Source: Octopus sinensis
Lineage: Eukaryota
Direction of reading: 5' to 3'
Length of the DNA: 64,000 nucleotides
NCBI RefSeq assembly: GCF_006345805.1
Contig: NC_043015.1
Location: 11,532,001 to 11,596,000, forward strand
A program made the position numbers and the translations under genes. Of this stretch, positions 53,453 to 64,000 are shown in pieces. Numbering within the stretch: position 1 is the first letter of the stretch; every line of letters starts with the position of its first letter. The notes beneath the pieces were generated by a model, which worked only from the letters and a program-made list of their open reading frames with translations, made no database searches and was not told the DNA's origin.

Positions 53453-55470
53453 TTCACTTCAAGAAATTTTTTATCTTTTGACACGATATAACATTTTTGT
53501 TCATCAATAAAGAATACGTCTTAAATAGCTAGCGTCAACATCAACCCATCTGTGTTAATGTTTTTTCTTCTCCTAACTTGAAGCCATCCATGCATTGGAT
53601 CTGGTGCCTATAGGCGCCTATAGTCGCCGTGAGTGTACCCCCGTGTGATTTTGAGTACCCGTTTTGTATTTTTTCTATTCTTCTGAATGAATGCATAGCT
53701 GAAGTGACAAATACGTGTTTAAATTAGTAAGTACGTATATTTCAGCAGACATTGTTAGTGCACCGGTGCACGATGCTGGACTCCAATTTGGTGCTTCTAC
53801 TTTTTAATTACCTGATTCTATCGGATCCTGAAAATTATATATACAAATGTACATGTACTGATATATTTATATGCATATATATATATATATGTGCGTGAAT
53901 GCCTCTATATACATTCGGCATAACAACATTCTTGCAAGTATAGAAAGTATAAATTCTTATGTTGTTGTTACGGAAAAGTGCTGATAGCATAAATACACAA
54001 ACACATATTCTTAAGATGGCGTTGCAGAAAAACAAATAAGACAACATTACAATAATGTACAATAACTTTGTGTATATATCTTAAATTATACAGAACAGGC
54101 TTTTGTGAATATATCATCTCATGGTCCTTGATATTTTTGAGTCGATAAAGAGTATTATTCTATAGAGATTAGCTACTACTACTAATAACTGTATCTATTA
54201 CATGGTGTTACCTTAATCAGTTCCTTGTCTCCTACAGTGTAGTTCTTATTGTTCCAAAAACACAATATTTCTTCCTTAAATAATCTAACAGATATTATTT
54301 ACATCAATACGCATCAGTCTACAGTAGAGACCTGAAAACATCGTATCGACGATGAAATAATTCTTAATCTGTTTCCAAACGTTGAATGATGGATACAGCT
54401 TTACATCAATTAATTCCGTTAACACAATATAAATATAGCGAACAATATAAATATAAATAAATATAGCGAACAAGGAAGAAAATAGGCTTAGATGAATCAT
54501 AGGCCTTGATAATGTAATTTTTGATCCGTTTCAATGGTGAAGTAATATTTCGAGTTAATAACAATAAAACACAATATAATTTACAAAGAAAATCTTATTC
54601 AGCTTAATAAAACTAAAAACAAACAAATCAGAATCATTTCTGTCAAAACATTTATAGCGTCTAAAGTAAAATATGTTTTCTGTATTTCACAGAAATCATA
54701 AGATATTTTGAAAAAAATTAAATTTTTAAGAATAAGTAGATGAGGAACATCATTTTTATATGTGATACACTATGGAAGAAATCAATATAGAAAAATTTAT
54801 GTTGTGATCAAAAGAAAACTGAAGATTCTAGTACTTTCTAATCTAAAAAAATAATACACACGAAAAATAACAGCTGAATCACTAAAACTGAAGTAATACA
54901 TATATATGTTTCTTAAAAGTAAGATGCAGATGATATATGAATATTGATATTGTGTAAGAGTCGGAATTATATTGAAATTATTGCAGCTGCTTGCAATGAG
55001 TTAGATAATAACAGTCTACAGGCATTTTGAATATCTAATTGCTACTATATATGTACAAGCACTTATATATGAAGTACATCATTTGCTCATGCTTCTACAT
55101 GTGTATATATGAAACACTATCTACATCATATTATCAAAAATGTTCTTACATTATTTCTATTAGTAAATATGTAAGAAAAAATATATATACAAACATATAT
55201 ATATATATATATATATATACATACATGAAAATAAATATATATGTATATACATATGACAAGAGAAAAGTCAGGAGAGGAGACAAACAAGAATGCGTCTGGT
55301 TTGTGCGACAGACTGAGGGACAACATGATTCGTGAGGAAAAGAAAGATGGGCGATGGTCACGTGTGAGCAACGGGAAAGATAGAATACAGTGAAGTGGGG
55401 AAAATGAATTAGTGAAAGTATGAGAGGGAAAAAACGAAAGGGGGAAAGCGCACACACATACATATATATA

Positions 55471-55501
<31 letters not shown>

Positions 55502-55505
55502 ATAT

Positions 55506-55538
<33 letters not shown>

Positions 55539-56519
55539 TATATATACACCAGATTATTTCTGTGCTGTGAAATTCCCATCGTTGGAACGAAGGTCATTTT
55601 TAATAAGTTTTTTAGTATGTTACTCCCCAATGTCCTATAAAATTCCCTCATAATCATTTCTTTCAGCTTCTTCTCTCTCTCTCTCTGTCTCTGTCTCTCT
55701 CTCACTTACTTTTGCCCTCACTCTTTTCTCTCTCTGTCACTCTTCTCCATCTTCCTTATCTTTCTTTCTCTTTTGTATTTCTCTCTCTCTCTCTCCCTCC
55801 CTCTCCTCGTTTTAAGGCGCAATGTCTTACACCCATTCTTCCTCTTTAGTTTCACGACCTCTCCCTCATATACATGGTCTTAGCATAAAACTCACAGCAG
55901 CGTTTAAAATAAACTAAAACATGTTTAATTCCGACAATTTTTCACTGTCTCTTCTGTTCCCTCTCTCTCTCTTTATTCATTTTTATTATTTTCCTGATAA
56001 TTTGTTTTCCTTCCTTAGTGACTCTCCATTTCCTCTTTTGTTCAATTAAGCTCTCCCTCTTTTATTCATCTTTTGAAATGTTGTTCTCTTTGATTTCAGG
56101 ATGCTTTTCGCTTATGTAATAACTTGCTCTCAGATCACATTCATATATTCAAATGTTCGAATTTTAAATTTTCTAACACACGTATTGACCAAGATGTTTA
56201 TTCTGAATGTAATCGACCCATAATTTCTTTCAATAATGATATAAAATAGGATGCATGTATGTATACATGTGTGTAAGGATATTGAAGTATAATCGCAAAT
56301 TCCCTGACTACAAACTGTAGAAGACAGTGAAAATCAGAAAATTGATGGCGTTAATTAATGATAAACCACATTAATGTATGCCATTATACGAAAGATCGAA
56401 ACACCGAATTTTGAAATATTTCACAAAAAGAAAATTGTGAGAGATTCTTAAAAGACTGTTCAAATGGGAGTGTATTTCAGAACTTATTAATATATATATG
56501 TATATATTATATATATATA

Positions 56520-56562
<43 letters not shown>

Positions 56563-56578
56563 ATATATATTATATATA

Positions 56579-56614
<36 letters not shown>

Positions 56615-56819
56615 TGTATGTATGTAGGTATGTATGTATGTATGTATGTATATGTATATATATCTGTTAATTCGCTTCCCACATTTTACATTATCTTTGT
56701 TTTATATTATCTTTGATCAGAAGACTAGTTTTAGGACATCTAAGACATATTAGCTCACACGCTTGTTTATACGTCTCAGCTCTTCACAAATATTAAGATG
56801 CGAGCCGTTGTAAGATATA

Positions 56820-57040
56820 AGGCAGCAAGCTGGCAGAAACTTTAGCACGCCGGGCGAAATACTTAGCGGAGTTTCGTCTGTCTTTACGTTCTCAGTTCAA
56901 ATTCCGCCGAGGTCGACTTTGCCTTTCATCCTTTTGGGGTCGATTACATAAATCTGAGTCGATAAAATCGACTTAATCCATTTGTCTGTCTTTGTTTTTC
57001 CCTTCTGTGTGTAGCCCCTTGTGGGCAATAACGAAATAAG
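56820..57040 (+). mobile_element. SINE family B, near full length
   Basis: GGCAGCAAGCTGGCAGAA A-box-like, AGTTCAAATTCC B-box, GTCGACTTTGCCTTTCATCC, tail CCCCTTGTGGGCAATAACGAAATAAG. Confidence 0.85.
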
Positions 57041-57879
57041 ATGTGACCCGTTTACAGATTGTTCTGTAAATTAATTTGCAGTCATACATAATGCTATTAG
57101 TGAGTGTTTTTTTTTTTTAAACGAGCTGGACTGAAAAGTGAAACAGTTTAGCAGATGAAATTTTGATGAAACGGTGAAATTTTATAAAACATATAACGTA
57201 AATACATATATTAGATTAAATATGATACACAAGCTATATGTATTAAGCTACTACATACACAAGCATTTTTATTTAAACTGTAAGTGTTTCTAAGACCGCA
57301 TTGCTACTGAAATACATTGCCTTTACAATGCATTTAATTTCGAAAATAAACGGAGTTAATTCCCCTTCATCAGTCATATCTCCGTGATGTTGCTGGTTTT
57401 GTTTGTAGCTCAATTTTTCTCTGCCTGTTCGTCTCTATTTCCCTATGTCTCTCCTTCTCTCTCTCTCTCTTTCTCTTTCTCTCTCTCACACTTTTACATA
57501 CGTACCCGCAAGCGCATACAAACACACACACACGTGCACATGCATAACATGCACATACTTATACGCGAACTGAATGAGGAAACAGAAGCTTGAAAAAATA
57601 TTTAATTTGGTCGTTGGTATATATGTAAGAACGAATAAGACAAGAAACTTATATTGAATCTATAACATAGCAGACGAGTTCAAAAACTGTATTACACTGC
57701 AAAGTAGTAACAAACTGCAGAATGAGAAAGTAATGTTGTCACAAACTCGAATAGATCTCACGTGAGTTTCTTTAATTGTTTTCCATTTTTTATTTGCTTT
57801 CCAAAAATAAATGCAAATAATGAAAAGCAAGTGCTCATACATATATAATATATATATATGATTTATATATATAAATATG

Positions 57880-57927
<48 letters not shown>

Positions 57928-57981
57928 TATATAATATATATATATACACACATATATATATGATTTATATATATAAATATG

Positions 57982-58075
<94 letters not shown>

Positions 58076-60533
58076 ATAATACATTTATAAAATAATATCA
58101 AGATCTGAAGTATTCAATTGTTGAACTATCATCGTTTTGGATCATAACTTTCATATCCTAATAACTTGCTCTCAGATCACATTCATATATTCAATGTGTA
58201 TTTAAGAATTTAATGAGAATATTTTTGAAATATATTTCCACAATATCCCCATTTTTTAAATATATTGTTTATGGAATATTCCCATATTATTTTTATGAAA
58301 ATCTATTTCGACGATGTGAGTTTTGATCTACTGATATTAAGGTGTTCCATAATGTGGCTTTTGTTCTTCAAATTTACGTCGATCGATATTTTATATTTTC
58401 TGTTTTACATCTTATAGCAACAGATGTTGTAGATTTAAGCAGTATGACCACCCCTACTCCATGTGTGTGTGTGTGTGCTTGTGTGTGTGTGTGATTGGTA
58501 TGACGATAAACTACATCCAGCAACAAAGCCTTTGATTAGAAGATTGGATGCTCTGAGGAGTGTGGAATAATCTCTTACTTGCTGTTGCTTCCAAGTTTAC
58601 CCTGACTCGGAGTGACAGCACCTGTTAGGGTTCCAACTACGGGCAAATAAAGAAAGAACCTGACAGATCGAAATTTCAGCACCTTAAGATCGAAACCGCA
58701 ATCAATTCGTGTGTCCCTCCTCTTAATAAAGTGGTTTACTACGCCCAGAGATAAGACTCAGGTCCATATTCTTCAAATCATGCATACCATATTATATTTT
58801 AAGAAATTATTTTCCATCTGTAGCTTTCAAACTCAGCTATTCTCTTTTGATTGTTTGATATTTAATAGCCTCACCTTATAAATATTCAAGTCAGACAAAT
58901 GTTAGCCATTTCTGTTAATGGAAATAATGTACATGTTTTAGCGATGGGATTTTGACAACATAATGTTTACGAAATGATTGCTGAAGTTCTGTAGGCTTTT
59001 CACGATCTAGCTAATATTTATTCTTCTCAGCTTAAAAGCAATACAAAAGAAAAAGAAAAGTTTGAATCAACGAAGACAACTTGAAAATGTACCATGTGGT
59101 TAGGGAAATACAAAAACAGAAGTTTGTTTACCCACTATCAAGGGAGTGGTAATGATTTCGGAATTACAGAGATTACTCATGAATAATTCGGGTTTTAATA
59201 GTCACAGGAAAACCTGTGTTATAGGAACAATCGGTGAAATAATTCGTTCTTTTGCATAGGAAAATAAGGTAGAATTATCACTTTGCTTTCTCCTCTGGAA
59301 TGGGCATTACCATATTTCTAAATATTTATTCTCTTCGTAGTAAGACGTGATCGTCTAAGATCAATGTATAGTCGGATGTCATTAAGAAACGTCTCACCGG
59401 TACAGAAACTATAGAATAGTTGACATATTTTCGTTCTACAATATGCAGGAAGAAAATTCCTGGATTCATTTTTAATCACTGGTATGTGTTGTTGTTATTA
59501 ATGTTGCTCTTGTTGTTCTTGTCTTTTTCTTGTCTTACAGTAGCCCTGATCAAGGAGATGTGTTAGAAACCATTCCAGCAATTGACCGTCAAGACTTTTT
59601 ATAGCTTATTTCAGACTACATTGTGAACCTTTATTCTGTTCTTAAACCTGTTGCGGAAGCACATCTGTAACAACAAAGAAATTGGCTCATACAACGAACA
59701 TTAGAAATTCAACTGATTTCTTTCCATAAATCCTTTTTAGCATTTGGACTTTCTCTTTAATGCAACAAAGCTTATAGTATTTCTAGTTAATCCTTAACCA
59801 CACTTGAAACGCCTCTTTGCAAACAGCCCTGTATCAAGAGCAACAACAATATTTATACATATATAATAGTGAATCACCATATTTATACATTTGATGACAT
59901 CGTATCAAGACTGCTCGGTTGTTTCAGTTGCAGATAATTCCAAATTGTGAAATGCAACTTTGACTGAGATATAAACCCTTGCGATCATAATATTCCTCAT
60001 TATATTTAATCTTATTATATCGAGAATTTCACCATTTTGAATTAATTCGTATTATTCTTACATCCTCCGCACTTAAATGACATCATATCAAGACTATTTG
60101 GTCTTATCATTAGATATTTCACACTAAGAAATATAAGTTTGATTGACATATACAGCTCTGTGATCATAATATTTTAGATTAGATCTAGTCTTAATGTGTA
60201 GAGTTTTACAAAATAATGACATCAAGCGTAGGCAATTCCTTATCTCTAACGTACACGTAAGAAAAGTAATTGATAAAGGATGATTAAATAAGATTCAGAA
60301 CAGATGACACACGGTATATTATAAACATAAAACCAAATAAAGGATTGCATTTAACGCACACATTACAAAGACGGAGATGAGACGAATAGAATGGTAAAGA
60401 ATATCAATAAAAAGAAATATCAAAAGAAAAATACCTTACTGAAAATGGATAAAGACAAATAATAGGAAAGAGTAATGCAGAAATTATTGCTTAAACATAC
60501 ATTTGAATATGTATGTTTGTATATATGTATGTA

Positions 60534-60870
60534 GTGAAGGCGCGTGGCTTAGTGGTTAGGGCATTTGACTGACGATTGTTAGGTCGTGAGTTCGATTCCC
60601 GGCGATGCGTTGTGTCCTTGAGCAAGACACTTTATTTCACGTTGCTCCAGTCCACTCAGCTAGCAAAAATGAGTTGTACCTGTATTTCAAAGGGCCGGCC
60701 TTGTCACACTCTGTGTCACGCTGAATCTCCCTGAGAACTACGTTAAGGGTACTCGTGTCTGTGGATTGCTCAGTCACTTGCACATTAATTTCACGAGCAA
60801 GCTGTTCCGTTGATCGTATCAGCTGGGACCCTCGTCGTCGTAACCGACGGAGTGCTCCTACTACTACTAT
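60534..60870 (+). mobile_element. Full-length tRNA-derived SINE family C with (CTA)n tail
   Basis: TGGCTTAGTGG A-box, GAGTTCGATTCC B-box, GTGTCCTTGAGCAAGACACTT, 3' AACCGACGGAGTGCTCC(TAC)n. Confidence 0.92.
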
Positions 60871-60941
60871 AATATGTATGTATGTATATATGCATCTATG
60901 TATGTATGTATGTATTCATGCATCTATGTACGTATGTAATT

Positions 60942-61130
60942 GTTTCTGATTTCGGCATAAGGCCAGCAATCTTAAAGAGAGCCGTTAAGTCGATACCATC
61001 GTTCTCACCACTTGAGTGGCATTTCATGTTTATTTATTTTTACAGGCACCAGAGGGATGAAGGCGAAACTGGAACCGGTGTGATTTGAAATTGAATATTT
61101 GCCGACACTCTTACGATACTGCCAGTTCAA
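60942..61130 (-). mobile_element. Highly degenerate SINE family B
   Basis: GGCATAAGGCCAGCAAT, GGATGAAGGCGAAACT, ACGATACTGCCAGTT. Confidence 0.55.
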
Positions 61131-62499
61131 AATCTTCAACAATACTAATGATTACTTTAAAATTATTTTTATCAATAATAATAATAATAACCATTTCTAC
61201 TATAGGCATATTGGTTGATTCCTATCACGTGGTAGTTGTTCACTGGCACTGTAGTTAGATATTCCACTATGAGATTGTACTTAAAACATCATTCAGTTAC
61301 CATCATTCTTACTTAGAAGTTTTGAAAGGGAACTTACACATAATAAAGGATTTGACCGATGAAGAATGTCCTTTACACTTCGGTGAAACTATAAACAATG
61401 CATTCTAGGTCAAATTCTTAACATACACATACATGTATATGTCTGTATATGTCTGTATGTGTGTGTGCGCGTCCAGTGTGTGTGTGTGTGTGTGCGCGCG
61501 CACGTATACTCTTCTGTTTTGGAACCAGAATCCCATTCATCTTGACCAAAACCATCTGTAGCAATGTTGTTCATATCATCAGAGATATTAATGACAGAAT
61601 TGCATTCCAATTTTTCATCTAATTCTCGCCTCAAACCAAGATAGTTGTCTTTCTGGACTCCCTATCCTTATCTAATCAGAACTTGCCAAGCATCCATATG
61701 CTTTTTAATGCAAGTAACGTTGACTTGAATTATGATCGCCTTCACAAGATCCCTTACAAAATCGCACACTGTACGAAAACACACACACCGACACATTTAT
61801 GCAATCTTCATCACTCCGGTCACCGATTTTCAGGTTCCAAAATGAACCAGTTACGCACCGGTAGGCTTCTATTTTCCCGATGAAGACCTCCGCAGGTTGA
61901 CCCTTCCCTTAACTCATGTTTCCCAACAGAAGTACATTGGAATTACAGATAACTAACTTCAGTTAAGCGTTAATCAACAGTTATTTTTATTTAGGACAAT
62001 AGATAGGAAAATCTCTACCAACTTGCTCAGCTTTTTCTGAAGACTTTGGAACGAGGGATTTGCAACGTTCAGTATAACCCAAAACATTTTTAATAAGGTC
62101 CCATTTTGTGTCTAAGGAAACCACTTTTGTGTCTAAGGAAACCAGCAACACCAGGCGCAGATTGTTTCTTTTAAAACGAACCTTCAGCTGCTTTGAAGCC
62201 AAAATCTTTCACAAAATTAGCTCTTCGTGTTACTCCGTAATTGTATTTCATAATATTTTATTGAAATTTCCAGAACGTTTACCGAAGATCCCAATCCAGA
62301 ATATCCACATCGTCTAAAATAGGGTATGAGAACAAGGTCTCAAACATTCTCCAATAACAATTAGATTTATTTAGGTGCTACGCAAGGAACTCCCATTATG
62401 CTTTCCTCACCTTTGTGAAACATTAACTAATGCGACCCAAGTATAAGGATTAATACGAGTAAATACGAGATCATCGAAACGTGATCTTTTCGTTCGTCT

Positions 62500-62565
62500 C
62501 TAGAACTACGCATACATAAGCACTCACTTCCTCACACACATATGTATGGATACATTCACTTATAC

Positions 62566-62614
<49 letters not shown>

Positions 62615-62734
62615 TATCATGTGTGAGCGTGTGTGCACGTGTACTCGAGTGTCTGTGCACATATACAAATAAACATATCTGTCTCACCCTCTCTTCCTCC
62701 CTCTCTTTCCCTCTCTCTTTCTCTCTCTCTGTAT

Positions 62735-62779
<45 letters not shown>

Positions 62780-63036
62780 TATATATATGTAACATGTAAA
62801 CATATATATGTAAGTACATATATGCATATATATACATTTATATAGCTATATATATGTGTGTGTGTGTGTATTTTCATGTATGTATGTGTATATATATTAC
62901 CCACATATATGTATATATATATACATATACACACACATATATATATACATATACACACACATATATATATATATATATAATATATATATATATATATAAT
63001 ATATATATAATATATATATATATATATGAGTATGTT

Positions 63037-63068
<32 letters not shown>

Positions 63069-63681
63069 ATATATATGTATATACATATGCGAGTGTGTGT
63101 GTGTCTGTGTGTGTTCGTATATGTGTATTTGTTTCTGCGTATATGTGTGGGTGCATGTGTGTGCATAGTATGTTGCGTTTTAGACAAAGAGCTGGATAAT
63201 TTGAAACGAAGGCGAAAAGAAAAGAAAACTGATGAGAATGAATGAATGGACAAGGAATAAATACACATAATCAGTTGACATTGAGATGAATGTGTATAGA
63301 AGCTGATGACAATATCTCTCAAGTGTGTTTATTGTAACACCTCATTCACTGTAGCGGCTGTATTGATTTTATGTCAATAGACGCGGATTAATGCCCGGTA
63401 CACCAGGTAAGCTGTGATAATGACGTTGGTATATGAGATTTACGCGCGTACACATTACTACTCTCTATCAGTCTGTGCATATATATATTTCTATATACAT
63501 ATATATGTGCCTGTGTATATATGTTTGTATGGATGATGGAAGTATGTATAAACGTATGTATATATGTATATATATATATATGAGTGTGTATGTATATATA
63601 TATGTATATATATATTATATATGTATATACATATGTATATATATAGATATATATATATATGTATATATGTATGTATATATA

Positions 63682-63720
<39 letters not shown>

Positions 63721-64000
63721 CCTGTGTATAAATGCTTGTATGGTTGATGCAAGTATGTATAAATGTATATATATATATATACATACACATACACATTCAC
63801 ATACATACACACACACATATATATATACAACTATGCGCATACATATATGCTTACACGCGTTCGTACGTACATATGCACTTACACACATATATATATGTAT
63901 GTGTGCGCATGCGTTTGTGTATGTGTGCGCATGTGTGTGTGTGTGACTGTGTGTGCGTGTGTTTGCTTATGTGTGTGTCTGTATGTACTGTGTATATGTA
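62500..64000. repeat. Compound (TA)n/(TG)n/(TATG)n low-complexity region
   Basis: Direct reading. Similar arrays occur at 1020-1740, 5650-6020, 6540-7090, 19130-19770, 30440-30660, 43710-44070, 56490-56660 and 57840-58080. Confidence 0.95.

Noticed and set aside
53600-53775. Short GC palindromes (GCCTATAGGC, GTGCACCGGTGCAC)
   Set aside because: Too short, with no element boundaries or second copy.
56070-56125. Splice-acceptor-like TTTCAG (also near 4465 and 20810)
   Set aside because: No supportable open exon or donor, and such motifs are common in AT-rich DNA.
60534-60605. tRNA genes (also 7879, 19768, 25835, 45880)
   Set aside because: A/B boxes lack a complete cloverleaf and continue into SINE bodies.
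61505-61665. Possible minus-strand exon (GVQKDNYLGLRRELDEKLEC...GSKTEE)
   Set aside because: No polypyrimidine tract, weak donor, no recognisable homology and no neighbouring exons.
61875-61905. CCGATGA-AGACCT..AGGTT-GACC hammerhead-like hairpin
   Set aside because: Too many core mismatches to distinguish from chance.

Overview
AT-rich, microsatellite-saturated eukaryotic DNA with no convincing host gene. The SINE families look like those I recognise from Octopus (inference), so this is probably intronic or intergenic cephalopod sequence. Almost all supplied ORFs are (TA)n/(TG)n/(GATA)n/(GAT)n translation artefacts. Recognisable content: three or more tRNA-derived SINE families; relics of CR1, R4/Dong-type (RLE), Tx1/L1 and RTE LINEs; mariner and maT relics and MITEs; and a Penelope-like (GIY-YIG) element with an inverted pseudo-LTR. 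The most notable signal is a set of non-coding elements docked on (TA)n arrays that carry minimal type-I hammerhead-ribozyme motifs (CUGANGA...GAAA plus a short, mostly palindromic helix III). The best example, 38341-40022, is a very young array of about 546-bp monomers (2.3 tandem copies plus one inverted partial copy); the two full monomers and the inverted copy each carry the motif. That architecture fits a Penelope-mobilised retrozyme-like / circular-RNA element. All folding and alignment was done by eye, and no ribozyme activity is demonstrated.
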